The notes below the pieces were generated by a model. The model was not told the origin of the DNA. It searched no databases and was given only the letters and a program-made list of their open reading frames with translations. 64,000 nt of DNA. Origin: Alphaproteobacteria bacterium. Lineage in GTDB: Bacteria; Pseudomonadota; Alphaproteobacteria; G963923945. Positions 17,937-28,267 of this stretch are shown here, one piece after another (position 1 is the stretch's first letter; every line of letters starts with the position of its first letter). The DNA is taken from assembly GCA_965199175.1 (NCBI GenBank), contig OZ240684.1, forward strand, positions 1,448,565 through 1,512,564. Direction: 5' to 3'. A program made the translations under genes and the position numbers.

Positions 17937-18701
17937 TTGCTGGCAGAATTTATCACTCTTAATCTGTTTGCGGTTTTTCTGGTTTTTTGCCGGGTTGGCA
18001 GTGCTATGCTGCTGTTACCGGTTTTTGCCGAGCCTTATGTGACGCCACGGGTCCGGCTGATGATCGCCTTATCGGTTTCTGTGGTTGTTACACCGCTGGT
18101 TTCCGGATCCCTGCCGGAAATTCCCGGAAATGCTGTTTTGTTATTCCTGCTTATTTTCGGGGAATTTATTATTGGTCTTTTTATTGGGGCCCTGGCGCGT
18201 TTTCTCATGTCCTCTCTGCAAATTGGTGGCATGATCATCGCGTATCAATCTGGCCTGGCAAATGCCTTTGTTCTTGATGCCACATCCCAGTCACAAGGGG
18301 CTCTGTTTGGTGCCTTTCTGAGCCTGCTTGGGGTGATGGCTATTTTTGCGACTGATCTGCATTACCTCTTTTTGAGCGGGTTGGTTCAGTCTTATGATGT
18401 TATGTTGCCAGGAGAATCCCCACCAGCCAATGATATGGCCAATCTGATCAGCCGTGTCACATCAGACAGCTTCCATCTGGCCGCTAAAATTTCCTCACCA
18501 TTTCTGCTGATTGGTTTATTATTTTATCTGGGTCTTGGTTTGCTTGGCCGTCTGATGCCTCAGGTGCAGGTTTTTTTCATTGCCTTACCACTCCAGGTTA
18601 TGGTCGGCCTGGTTGTCTTTGCTCTCTGCTTATCGGCGAGCATTCTGGTCTTTCTGAATTCCTATGAAGAATATTTTCTTAATCTCTTCGTCAACCGGTA
18701 A
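17937..18701 (+). CDS. fliR: Flagellar export apparatus protein FliR
   Basis: 254 aa polytopic membrane protein following fliQ. TTG start according to the ORF track. Confidence 0.9.
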   Translation: MLAEFITLNLFAVFLVFCRVGSAMLLLPVFAEPYVTPRVRLMIALSVSVVVTPLVSGSLPEIPGNAVLLFLLIFGEFIIGLFIGALARFLMSSLQIGGMIIAYQSGLANAFVLDATSQSQGALFGAFLSLLGVMAIFATDLHYLFLSGLVQSYDVMLPGESPPANDMANLISRVTSDSFHLAAKISSPFLLIGLLFYLGLGLLGRLMPQVQVFFIALPLQVMVGLVVFALCLSASILVFLNSYEEYFLNLFVNR

Positions 18702-18713
18702 ACCGGATCATTT

Positions 18714-18743
18714 GATTTTTCAAACCATGATTTTCTAAACCAT
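18714..18743. repeat. Tandem duplication, 15 bp x2, that includes the first two bases (AT) of the flhB start codon
   Basis: gatttttcaaaccat / gattttctaaaccat, then g. The second copy supplies the AT of the flhB ATG at 18742; the first copy creates an ATG at 18727 followed by an early stop. Confidence 0.9.
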
Positions 18744-19812
18744 GTCTGAACAAGAAGACCAATCACAAAAAACCGAAGAACCGACAGCCAAGCGTCTCAC
18801 CGAAGCGCGGGGGAAAGGCCAGGTTGCGGTCTCCCGGGAGGTCAATCACTGGTTCATCATTCTTGGGGCCACAATGCTGATTGGTTTATTTGTCCCCGGC
18901 ATGATCACAGATCTTTCACAAGTGGGGCTGATTTTTCTCGAACGGCCACATGTCATTGCCACTGATTATGCCAATCTCAGCAACCTTCTCGCTGATACCT
19001 TACGTGACAGCTTATCGGTTCTCGCCTTGCCGGTTGTTATTCTGGTTTTTCTGGCTGCGTTATCGAGCATTGTTCAACATGGTTTTTTGCTGGCTCCCGA
19101 ACGCATCAAACCGAAGCTGGAGAAAATTTCACTCATCAAAGGATTTAAACGTCTGTTCTCTCTCAGCGCATTGTTCGAATTTGCCAAAGGAATCCTCAAG
19201 ATCACGATTGTTGGCTGTGTTGCCTTCCTGATTATCTATACCCAGATTGATTCCCTTGATCTTCTCCCGCAACTCGAACTTGGGCAGGCTGTTGATACTA
19301 TTCATTTTTTATCGTCATCCATGCTGGTTGGCGTTTTGGCCGTGGTGACGGTTATTGCCGGGCTTGATTTTCTGTTCCAGCGGTTTCAGCATCTCAAACA
19401 GCTTCGTATGTCGAAACAAGAGATAAAAGAAGAGTTTAAACAGACCGAAGGGGATCCGATCATTAAAAGCCGGTTGCGTCAGATCCGTATGGAAAAAGCC
19501 AAACGCCGTATGATGGCCCAGGTTCCCGAAGCTGATGTGGTGATCACCAACCCAACCCATTATGCGGTTGCGCTCGAATATAAGCATGGGACAACAACCG
19601 CACCGATCTGTCTGGCCAAAGGCATTGATAAGGTTGCTGCGCGAATCCGCGAGATTGCCAAAGAAAACCAGATTGATATCGTGCGTAATCCGCCGTTGGC
19701 GCGGGCTCTGTATGCCGGGGTTGAAATTGGTGATGAAATCCCTGAGGAACATTATCAAGCCGTTGCTGAAATTATCAGCTATATTTACCGTATGAAGGGG
19801 AAACCATTATAA
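18742..19812 (+). CDS. flhB: Flagellar export switch protein FlhB
   Basis: 356 aa with QKTEEPTAKRLTEARGKGQVAVSRE, four TM helices and the NPTHYAVAL autocleavage site. Confidence 0.95.
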   Translation: MSEQEDQSQKTEEPTAKRLTEARGKGQVAVSREVNHWFIILGATMLIGLFVPGMITDLSQVGLIFLERPHVIATDYANLSNLLADTLRDSLSVLALPVVILVFLAALSSIVQHGFLLAPERIKPKLEKISLIKGFKRLFSLSALFEFAKGILKITIVGCVAFLIIYTQIDSLDLLPQLELGQAVDTIHFLSSSMLVGVLAVVTVIAGLDFLFQRFQHLKQLRMSKQEIKEEFKQTEGDPIIKSRLRQIRMEKAKRRMMAQVPEADVVITNPTHYAVALEYKHGTTTAPICLAKGIDKVAARIREIAKENQIDIVRNPPLARALYAGVEIGDEIPEEHYQAVAEIISYIYRMKGKPL

Positions 19813-19818
19813 AAACAT

Positions 19819-19856
19819 CCGGTTCGAGAACGTCCCGGTTCGAGAACATCCCGGCC
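19819..19856. repeat. Tandem duplication, 16 bp x2.4, downstream of flhB
   Basis: ccggttcgagaacgtc / ccggttcgagaacatc / ccggcc. Each unit contains the palindrome gttcgagaac. Confidence 0.9.
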
Positions 19857-20005
19857 CGACCATTTTCAATGAAAGGCTTCATAAAGGCAGCCAATTCTGA
19901 AGGGAACTCATTGCGAAAGTAACCAATTCTTAAGAGTATTGCGGTCTCTCATGGTGCGTATCTTTTATCCATGATCCTGGCTTTCACCCTCGATCCGGGC
20001 ACCCT

Positions 20006-22537
20006 ATGGCGACTCCTTTTCCCTCACCGACAAGTTATCCCTCACCGGCGGATCAAAAACTGAGTGATCTGGCACCTTTGAATCTGGCATCCTGGGAACG
20101 ATGGAGCCTCATGATGCCGGTGGTCGGTGCTCTGGCAATGGGGGCAAGCGGTCTGAGCATCGCGGTGTCACAAAATCTCTGGAATATTGCGGTTTCTGTC
20201 AGTTTTTTATTGCTGGCAGTGAGCGCACTGGCAGTCAATCCAATCCGGTTACGCCGCTCTGTTTTCCAGCTGCGCACAACCCTTGAGGCTGATTCCACCC
20301 CATCGGTGCTGAGCGATGGAAACGGCAAGATCATCTATACCAACCCGGCTTTTATCGATCATGTCTCAGGAAGCCTCAACCATGTTAAGGAGATTTTTAA
20401 ACCCATCCCTGGTGAGGAATCATCGAACAATCCGGATTTAGAGACATTCCTGGATATCCGGGAAAACCCGGCACCAGCAGCAATCATGCTGACATCCGGG
20501 AATATCTTCTCAAAAACCGGGCAGGATCCTCTCTGGATCTATCGTCTGCCGGTTGTCTCACATGTCGCATGGCTTTGGAAATTCGACTCCCCGGTCAATC
20601 AGCCCACCAAAACTTTATCTGCCTCCGGAAACAGCCAGGCCATTCGTACATTTGTTGAAAATGCACCGGTCGGCTTTTATTCGCTGGATCAAAAGGGACA
20701 TTTCCGGATTATCAATCAGACCCTTGCCCGATGGCTGGATGCAACACCCGAAGACATGACGACCCGAAACGACGTCGGAATCCGGGATTTTATTGTTGAC
20801 CCTCCCCATGAAAAAACAAAGCACAACGACCTGGCCATAACCGGAGACGGACGCATTACCCTGTGTGGACGCCAGGGCCATTTGCTCCATGCCCGCATTT
20901 TCCAGAAGACCACCACCAGGAGTGAGGGACCGCCACTGACATGGGGCATGATCTATGATGTGGCTCAGGAAGCTGCTCTGGAAAAAGCACTCCGTGAAAC
21001 CGAGCAGCGGTTTCAGAAACTCTTTCACGCAGCCCCAACAGGGATTGCCCTGCTTGATCTTGAGGGCCGTATCATCGAATGCAATATGGTGATGAATCAC
21101 CTGCTTGGCCAGACATCAGGGAACACAGGCCTTCGGGTAAACCATTTCATTATCAGCCAGGACAAAGCCAAATTTGATGATCTGATTGACCGGTTGGTGA
21201 AACGCGGTGAAACTCAATACAGTTTTGAGGCTCAATTATCCTTCGATGACAGGACCAAAAAACGGGGTGCCCGTTTCTTTGCCAGCCGCATGGAAAATGA
21301 TGTCGGTGATGTTACCGGTCTCATTCTTCATGGCCTTGATACCACCGAGCAAAAACAATTAGAGAGTCAATTTGCCCAATCCCAAAAAATGCAGGCTGTG
21401 GGACAGCTGGCAGGGGGAATTGCTCATGATTTCAACAATCTCCTCACCGCCATGCTCGGGTTTTGCGACCTCCTCCTCCAACGGTATCAACCCGGGGAAC
21501 AATCCTTTGCCGATGTTATGCAGATTAAGCAAAATGCCAATCGGGCGGCCAATTTGGTGCGGCAACTTCTGGCGTTTTCACGTCAACAGGATATACGTCC
21601 GAAAATTCTCAATCTCACCGATATTCTTGCCGATATTTCACATCTTTTGCGTCGACTGATCGGAGAAACCATCACCTTAGATATCTTGCATGGCCGGGAT
21701 ATCGGCACAATTTTGATGGATCAGGGCCAACTTGAGCAAGTGATTATCAATCTTGCCGTCAATGCCCGTGACGCCATGCCCCAGGGCGGTACATTAACAA
21801 TCCGGACTGATAATATTGAGACCCAAACCCCCTTACATAACCGGTCAGATATCATGCCGGCCGGACAGTATGTCCTGATTGAAGTAGCCGATACCGGGGT
21901 TGGAATTCCGCCGGAAAATCTGGCCTCTATCTTTGATCCGTTTTATTCAACCAAAGAAGTTGGCTCAGGGACTGGTCTGGGGTTATCAACGGTTGAAGGC
22001 ATTGTTCGTCAATCTGATGGCTATGTCTTTGCTGAAAGTACGCCGGGTCAGGGAGCAACCTTTCGGGTCTATCTCCCGCATCACGATCATCACGATACCA
22101 AAGCTCCTGAGCAGGAAAATCAGGGAAGCAACAACAAAGCCAGGACCAAAGACCTCACCGGGACCGGGACCATTCTTTTGGTTGAGGATGAAGATGCCGT
22201 CCGGTTATTCTCAGCCCGTGCTTTGCGCAGCAAAGGGTATCATGTCCTTGAGGCACGCTCAGGAAATACTGCGGTCGAATTACTCGAACGCACACAAGAA
22301 CAGATTGATCTCCTGATCACTGATGTTGTGATGCCTGATATGGATGGTCCGGCTCTGGTCAACTGGATTCGCCACAATCGTCCTCATGTCCGTATCATCT
22401 GTATCTCTGGCTATGCTGAGGAATCGATCCGCACCCGGATCACTCAATCCAGCGATATCACGTTTCTTTCCAAACCATTTAACCTGAGTGAATTGGCCGG
22501 GACAGTTAAAAAAATTCTCTCCCGATCAACTGCTTGA
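20006..22537 (+). CDS. PAS-domain hybrid sensor histidine kinase/response regulator, CckA-like
   Basis: 843 aa with N-terminal TM helices, PAS-like repeats, an H-box GGIAHDFNNLLTAMLGF, an HATPase domain (DTGVGIPPE...GTGLGLS) and a C-terminal receiver (ILLVEDEDAV...DLLITDVVMPDMDG). The architecture and H-box resemble CckA, but orthology is unproven. Confidence 0.85.
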   Translation: MATPFPSPTSYPSPADQKLSDLAPLNLASWERWSLMMPVVGALAMGASGLSIAVSQNLWNIAVSVSFLLLAVSALAVNPIRLRRSVFQLRTTLEADSTPSVLSDGNGKIIYTNPAFIDHVSGSLNHVKEIFKPIPGEESSNNPDLETFLDIRENPAPAAIMLTSGNIFSKTGQDPLWIYRLPVVSHVAWLWKFDSPVNQPTKTLSASGNSQAIRTFVENAPVGFYSLDQKGHFRIINQTLARWLDATPEDMTTRNDVGIRDFIVDPPHEKTKHNDLAITGDGRITLCGRQGHLLHARIFQKTTTRSEGPPLTWGMIYDVAQEAALEKALRETEQRFQKLFHAAPTGIALLDLEGRIIECNMVMNHLLGQTSGNTGLRVNHFIISQDKAKFDDLIDRLVKRGETQYSFEAQLSFDDRTKKRGARFFASRMENDVGDVTGLILHGLDTTEQKQLESQFAQSQKMQAVGQLAGGIAHDFNNLLTAMLGFCDLLLQRYQPGEQSFADVMQIKQNANRAANLVRQLLAFSRQQDIRPKILNLTDILADISHLLRRLIGETITLDILHGRDIGTILMDQGQLEQVIINLAVNARDAMPQGGTLTIRTDNIETQTPLHNRSDIMPAGQYVLIEVADTGVGIPPENLASIFDPFYSTKEVGSGTGLGLSTVEGIVRQSDGYVFAESTPGQGATFRVYLPHHDHHDTKAPEQENQGSNNKARTKDLTGTGTILLVEDEDAVRLFSARALRSKGYHVLEARSGNTAVELLERTQEQIDLLITDVVMPDMDGPALVNWIRHNRPHVRIICISGYAEESIRTRITQSSDITFLSKPFNLSELAGTVKKILSRSTA

Positions 22538-22702
22538 ATTCACCGATCCTCTGAGATGGGCGGCGGGTGAACAGGCCTTTTTCAGATTCTTTGAGAATAT
22601 GCCGATGAATAATGTCAATACATTGCACCAAAGGGATCAATGTGAAATAACAAAGGGAGAGATATGGTGCAGTTAGAGATCCATTGGATCGAAGGACAGG
22701 AC

Positions 22703-23770
22703 ATGGATAAAGAAAAGGCTCTTGAATCGGCCCTTGGGCAAATTGAACAAAATTTTGGTAAAGGGTCGATTATGAGGCTCGGCCAGCGGGAACATATGCC
22801 CGAGATTGAGACTGTGTCTACCGGGTCTCTGGGCCTTGATATTGCGTTGGGGATTGGGGGTCTGCCCAAAGGCCGGATTACTGAAATATTTGGTCTGGAG
22901 AGTTCGGGAAAAACCACGCTTGCTCTGCATGTCATTGCCGAAGCCCAGAAAGCAGGCGGGGCATGTGCTTTTGTGGATGCTGAGCATGCTCTCGACCCGG
23001 CTTATGCTAAAAAGCTGGGTGTTGATATTGATAATATGCTGATCTCCCAACCTGATGCCGGTGAGCAAGCTCTGGAGATTGCTGATACTTTGGTCCGCTC
23101 TGGTGCCATTGATGTCCTGGTGGTTGACTCGGTGGCAGCCCTGGTTCCGAAAGCCGAACTCGAAGGAGAGATGGGCGATACGCATGTGGGTTTGCAAGCC
23201 CGGCTGATGAGCCAGGCACTGCGTAAATTGACCGGGTCGATTGCGCGCTCTAACTGCGTGGTTATTTTTATCAATCAGATTCGTCTGAAAATTGGCGTCA
23301 TGTTCGGGAACCCGGAAACAACCACTGGCGGCAATGCTCTCAAATTCTATTCCTCAATCCGTATGGATATCCGCCGGATTGGGGCGGTTAAAAACCGTGA
23401 TCGGGTGGTCGGCAACCAGACCCGGGTTAAAATCGTCAAAAATAAGGTCGCGCCACCCTTCAAAATTGTTGAATTCGATATCATGTATGGCGAGGGTGTC
23501 TCCAAAACCGGCGAATTGATTGATTTGGGTCTTCAGGCCAATATCATTGAAAAGTCTGGTTCCTGGTTTTCTTATGGCAAGGAACGTATTGGCCAGGGAC
23601 GCGAGAATGTCCGGGAATTTTTGCGTGACAATCCCGATGTGGCCGCCGAAATTGAGGAACAGATTCGCTCTCAGGCTGGCATTTCTGATTCTGAAACATC
23701 CGGGACCAGCCATGATAACACCCCCCGGGAAGCCGGTGAGGATGTTCAGGGGAACTCCGGTTCAGGATAA
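22703..23770 (+). CDS. recA: Recombinase RecA
   Basis: [27 protein letters not shown]... with Walker [13 protein letters not shown]. Start set at the conserved MDKEKAL, with AAGGA upstream; the ORF track begins at 22664. Confidence 0.97.
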   Translation: MDKEKALESALGQIEQNFGKGSIMRLGQREHMPEIETVSTGSLGLDIALGIGGLPKGRITEIFGLESSGKTTLALHVIAEAQKAGGACAFVDAEHALDPAYAKKLGVDIDNMLISQPDAGEQALEIADTLVRSGAIDVLVVDSVAALVPKAELEGEMGDTHVGLQARLMSQALRKLTGSIARSNCVVIFINQIRLKIGVMFGNPETTTGGNALKFYSSIRMDIRRIGAVKNRDRVVGNQTRVKIVKNKVAPPFKIVEFDIMYGEGVSKTGELIDLGLQANIIEKSGSWFSYGKERIGQGRENVREFLRDNPDVAAEIEEQIRSQAGISDSETSGTSHDNTPREAGEDVQGNSGSG

Positions 23771-24185
23771 TTCGCGGGACATACCCAATATACCCGATAC
23801 ACTGCTTTCTGGTTGTTTTCTCGTGTTTGTGTGGAATTGAACTGTTGAGATCATACGCCTCCCCAAAAGGCCCTGATGATCTTTCATCCCCAAAGGACCC
23901 CCAAAAACCATCCCAAAAGCGAGAATGGATGCTATTCTGGTCCGGTCTCAGACCAGCACCAGAAGACAGAGCGCCCTGTGGCCTCAACACAAAACAGGGA
24001 GCCAAAATCCGGCTTTGGTGCTTTGGTCATTGTAATTTTCCGGGGAGCATTTCTGTGCAGGAGGCAACTATGTGGAAGACAACTCTGTAGGGAGTCGCCC
24101 TGTGGCTGATAACCGGCTACAATCAGTTCCCCTTCTTCCGTGACCAGACAGGCACAAGGAACATCACAAGGAATCATCCAGACTC

Positions 24186-26828
24186 ATGACCAGCGTGAAT
24201 GATATCCGGGCGACTTTTTTAGAGTATTTTCGCCGCCATGATCATAGGGTTGTTGCCTCCGGCCCGTTGGTTCCGGTCAGTGACCCGACATTGCTGTTTA
24301 CCAGTGCCGGCATGGTTCCGTTTAAGAATATTTTTACCGGCATTCAACCCCCCCCTGATCTGCGGGCCACCAGCAGCCAAAAATGCCTGCGGGCCGGGGG
24401 CAAGCATAATGATCTGGATAATGTCGGCTACACTTTCCGGCACCATACTTTTTTTGAGATGCTGGGCAATTTTTCCTTCGGTGATTATTTCAAAGAACAC
24501 GCCATTTTTCTGGCCTGGGATTTTTTAACCAAAGAGCTGAGTCTGAATAAAGATAAATTGCTGGTAACGGTTTATGCTGACGATGACGAAGCCTATAGCC
24601 TGTGGCAACGCATTGCTGAGTTACCTGAAGGACGTCTGGTGCGCATCGCCAGTGACGATAATTTCTGGTCCATGGGCGAAACCGGACCATGCGGACCTTC
24701 CTCAGAGATTTTTTATGATCATGGTCCCGCGATTGCCGGGGGACCACCGGGATCACCGGATGCTGAGGGGGACCGCTTCGTTGAGATCTGGAACCTGGTC
24801 TTCATGCAGTATGAGGCTCAGCCCCAGGGGGGACGGGTTGATTTACCCCATCCCAGTATTGATACCGGCATGGGTCTGGAGCGTATCGCGACAGTTTTGC
24901 AAGGTGTCCACGACAATTATGATATTGATCTCTTTCAATCTCTGATCCAGGCGGTCAATCAGGCTCTTGATTGTCAGGAGCCGAACAATGCAGCCGGACC
25001 CAAAGTCATTGCCGATCATTTACGGGCCTGTGGATTTTTGATCTCTGAGGGCATTCTGCCCGGCAATGAAGGACGCGGCTATGTCCTGCGCCGGATCATG
25101 AGGCGGGCCATGCGCCATGCACGCCAACTTGGGGCAACCCAGCCCTTGATGCCGCGTCTGGTTCCGGCCCTGATTGACACAATGGGAGAAGCATTCCCGG
25201 ATCTGAGTCGCTCTCAAGCCCTGATCACCGAAACATTGCGTGGTGAGGAAGAGCGGTTTTTTGACACGCTGGAACGTGGCTTGCGGCTTCTGGATGATGA
25301 AATCACCTGTTTAAGCAAGGGGGATTGTCTTTCTGGTGCGGTGGCCTTCAAACTCTATGATACCTATGGTTTCCCGGTTGATCTCACCGCCGATATCCTG
25401 CGCGAACACGGATTAAAACTGGATCAAACCGGTTTTGATGATGCAATGCAGCATCAGAAAACCACCGCCCGGGCACATTGGAAGGGATCGGAAGAAGACT
25501 CCCCTGATGATCTGTGGGAGCCCATCGGTGCTGAATGGGGTCCAACCGAATTTTGCGGATATCACTGTGATCAACTCTCAGGACATGTGCTCGCACTCTC
25601 AGACCGCCATCAATGTAAGGAATATGCCGGGGCCGGTGAGACCATTTCGGTCATCGTCAACCAAACCCCGTTTTATGCCGAATCGGGGGGTCAATGCGGC
25701 GACCAGGGAACCATCAAAACTGATTCCGGGGCGGCCGTTCAGATTATTGATACCCGCAAACGGCCCGGCCATGTATTTGAACATATCGGCCAGGTGACAT
25801 CCGGAACCCTGCATACCGGCGATACGGTGGTGCTTTCAGTGGACACAGAACGCCGGGCAGCATTATGCGCCAACCATTCGGCCACCCATCTGCTGCATGC
25901 GGTTTTGCGGCATCAACTCGGTTCCCATATCACCCAGAGAGGTTCTCTGGTCGCCCCGGATCGTCTGCGTTTTGATATTTCTCATACCAAACCTCTGGGG
26001 AAAGAAACCATTGGCAGCATTCAATCGGCCGTCAACCGCCTCATTCGTCAAAACAGCCTGGTTGAAACCCGTCTCATGGCCTCAGATGAGGCGATTTCTC
26101 TGGGCGCAATGGCCTTATTCGGGGAAAAATACGGCCCGGAAGTCCGGGTTGTTTCCATGGGTTACAGCGATGACAAGAACCGGAAAAAACCATTTTCTCT
26201 TGAGCTTTGCGGTGGCACCCATGTCCGGCAAACCGGGGATATTGGCTTTTTTGTCATCACCGGGGAGCATGCGGTGGGCTCTGGTTTGCGCCGTCTTGAG
26301 GCCCTGACCGGTTCTGATGCTGAGGCCTATCTTGATCACAAAGAAGATCTTCTGGATGAATCAGCCCGCATTCTCAAAGTACCGCCAAAAGACCTCCCCG
26401 GGCGTTTGCGGATTTTCGAGGCCGAACGCAAACAGCTGGAAAAAGAGCTCGCCCAAAGCCGCCGCCAGATGATGGCAACCCATGATGATGTACGCATCAT
26501 CGCCGATATCACATTTGCTGACCGTCTTCTGGATGATGTCCCGGCCCGTGAACTCAAATCAATGGCTGATGAAATGAAACGCTCTTTAGGGGCAGATGTG
26601 ATCGCCCTGGTCAGCCGTCATGAAGGAAAAGCCTCACTGGTGGTCGCGCTGAGCGATTCGTTGAAAGATCGCCTGAATGCTATCGAATTGGCTCAGATTG
26701 GAGCAGCCGTTTTAGGGGGCAAGGGAGGGGGTCGCCCGGATATGGCCCAGGCCGGCGGTCCTCATGGTGACAATGCCCGCAAAGCCCTGGATGCCATCGC
26801 CACAGCACTGGAAAAATCCGCCTCCTGA
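24186..26828 (+). CDS. alaS: Alanine--tRNA ligase
   Basis: 880 aa with FTSAGMVPFKNIF, FFEMLGNFSFGDYFK, the editing-domain HSATHLLH motif and a C-terminal DHHA1-like GGGRPDMAQAGG. Confidence 0.97.
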   Translation: MTSVNDIRATFLEYFRRHDHRVVASGPLVPVSDPTLLFTSAGMVPFKNIFTGIQPPPDLRATSSQKCLRAGGKHNDLDNVGYTFRHHTFFEMLGNFSFGDYFKEHAIFLAWDFLTKELSLNKDKLLVTVYADDDEAYSLWQRIAELPEGRLVRIASDDNFWSMGETGPCGPSSEIFYDHGPAIAGGPPGSPDAEGDRFVEIWNLVFMQYEAQPQGGRVDLPHPSIDTGMGLERIATVLQGVHDNYDIDLFQSLIQAVNQALDCQEPNNAAGPKVIADHLRACGFLISEGILPGNEGRGYVLRRIMRRAMRHARQLGATQPLMPRLVPALIDTMGEAFPDLSRSQALITETLRGEEERFFDTLERGLRLLDDEITCLSKGDCLSGAVAFKLYDTYGFPVDLTADILREHGLKLDQTGFDDAMQHQKTTARAHWKGSEEDSPDDLWEPIGAEWGPTEFCGYHCDQLSGHVLALSDRHQCKEYAGAGETISVIVNQTPFYAESGGQCGDQGTIKTDSGAAVQIIDTRKRPGHVFEHIGQVTSGTLHTGDTVVLSVDTERRAALCANHSATHLLHAVLRHQLGSHITQRGSLVAPDRLRFDISHTKPLGKETIGSIQSAVNRLIRQNSLVETRLMASDEAISLGAMALFGEKYGPEVRVVSMGYSDDKNRKKPFSLELCGGTHVRQTGDIGFFVITGEHAVGSGLRRLEALTGSDAEAYLDHKEDLLDESARILKVPPKDLPGRLRIFEAERKQLEKELAQSRRQMMATHDDVRIIADITFADRLLDDVPARELKSMADEMKRSLGADVIALVSRHEGKASLVVALSDSLKDRLNAIELAQIGAAVLGGKGGGRPDMAQAGGPHGDNARKALDAIATALEKSAS

Positions 26829-26972
26829 TGAAGGGGCCGGGAGTACCGGATCATCATCTCACCCTGATCATCCAAAACCGCACATCATTCAACAGATATG
26901 GCCGGTCCGCCCCGGTCAATCTTACCTATTGCATGCAATGGCAATCAGGTGCTTTCCCTGTCAGGCCACCAG

Positions 26973-28118
26973 TCAGCCAGCAACCGCACCCCGTTTGGGG
27001 ATGAGGACGGTATAATCAAGATCAAGAACAATATTGGCAGGAAGATTGCCGCCGGCAGCATCAGGAAAATCAGCTTGTGACTGATCCTTGGATGCCAATG
27101 TGCGGACCCGCATCGCCCCGATATGCTGAGCACTCTCACCCGCCTGCTCATCCAGGTCATGCTTTTCGAGAATCTCCGACCACGCATAAATGGTATCGCC
27201 GGCAAAACTTGGGGCACTGTGACGGCCACCATTGATCGCCGCCACCCGGAAAGCATTGGCCAACCCATTACAGCTGATGGCCCGGGCCAGGCTGATGATA
27301 TAGCCGCCATAAACAATACGGCGACCAAAACGTCCCTCTTTTTCCATATGATGGTTGAAATGAACCCGGGCATTGTTCTGATACAAACGGGTTGCCATTT
27401 GATGCTCAGCGTCTTCAATCGTCTGACCATCGAGATGATGGATGCATTCCCCGACGGCATAATCCTCAAAAAAAGAATCCGAACCGGTGATTTCCGGCGT
27501 CCAGGCGGTAAAATCAAGCCCGTCGGGAATCCGCAGATCCGCCATTGGTACACTGGGCGGTAAAGCATCAGGAATCACTGGCTCCGGCGGTGGGGAAGCC
27601 GGGTCTTTCTTACGCATCATCACCCAACGAATATAATCCAGCACGGTTTCACCATGCTGGTTGATGCCGGTCGAATGGACATAAACCGTGCCGGTTTTGC
27701 CATTGGAATTTTCCTTAACGCCAATCACTTCAGAAGAAGCACGCACAGTATCACCAGGATAAACCGGAACCCCGAACACAACCCGCGCATATCCCAGATT
27801 GGCCACCGCATTAAGAGAAATATCCGGAACCGTACGGCCAAAAACCATATGAAAAGTCAGAATATCATCCAATGGGGCCTGGCGGTAACCGATGGCCCGG
27901 GCCAGCATATCATTGCAATGCAAAGCAAAACGTGACCCGGTGGTCGCCATATAGAGGGCAACATCCCCCTGAGTTACTGTACGCGGCACATTATGGAGAA
28001 TCTGTGTACCGGGTACATAATCCTCAAAAAAACGGCTTTTGAAACATTTGCCGCTTGCTTCGGCAGTAAAAGACGCCCCGGACGTCACCTTTGATGAAGA
28101 ATCCAAAGACGTGCTCAT
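26973..28118 (-). CDS. Double MaoC-domain enoyl-CoA hydratase, probably mesaconyl-CoA (beta-methylmalyl-CoA) hydratase of the ethylmalonyl-CoA pathway
   Basis: 381 aa with two hot-dog/MaoC-like halves. It is adjacent to ccr and ecm. The functional call rests on context plus a remembered family resemblance. Confidence 0.6.
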   Translation of the reverse strand: MSTSLDSSSKVTSGASFTAEASGKCFKSRFFEDYVPGTQILHNVPRTVTQGDVALYMATTGSRFALHCNDMLARAIGYRQAPLDDILTFHMVFGRTVPDISLNAVANLGYARVVFGVPVYPGDTVRASSEVIGVKENSNGKTGTVYVHSTGINQHGETVLDYIRWVMMRKKDPASPPPEPVIPDALPPSVPMADLRIPDGLDFTAWTPEITGSDSFFEDYAVGECIHHLDGQTIEDAEHQMATRLYQNNARVHFNHHMEKEGRFGRRIVYGGYIISLARAISCNGLANAFRVAAINGGRHSAPSFAGDTIYAWSEILEKHDLDEQAGESAQHIGAMRVRTLASKDQSQADFPDAAGGNLPANIVLDLDYTVLIPKRGAVAG

Positions 28119-28267
28119 GAAACCAGAGTCCTCAAATCATCCATCACGACCATCAACCTCATAGGAGGGCTATCTCCTGCGGCCTGGTTTCAAGAGACCC
28201 AATGCCACAACCGGCACCCCAACAGCGATGCCCGCTCCTGATCGGTACCAGGAACGGGCACCCAAAA

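Noticed and set aside
19819-19856. GTTCGAGAAC palindromes downstream of flhB as LexA-type or other operator sites, or as a terminator
   Set aside because: The spacing does not match GTTC-N7-GTTC. The palindrome arms are only 4 bp with a 2-nt centre, so no stable hairpin forms. It is most simply another 16-bp tandem duplication.
22538-22702. SOS (LexA) box upstream of recA
   Set aside because: I looked for the alphaproteobacterial GTTC-N7-GTTC / GAAC-N7-GAAC direct-repeat box. I found only GAACAGGCCTTTTTC (second half TTTC) and a weak CAATACATTG dyad, so no convincing site can be claimed by eye.
23771-24185. 415-bp recA-alaS spacer as a possible small RNA or small protein locus (ORFs 23827..24090, 23876..24109 and 23932..24177)
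   Set aside because: I recognise no conserved RNA structure, tRNA-like cloverleaf or credible peptide. There is only a short hairpin (ctggtc..gaccag) and loosely repeated ccccaaaagg motifs. This cannot be assessed without covariance-model searches.
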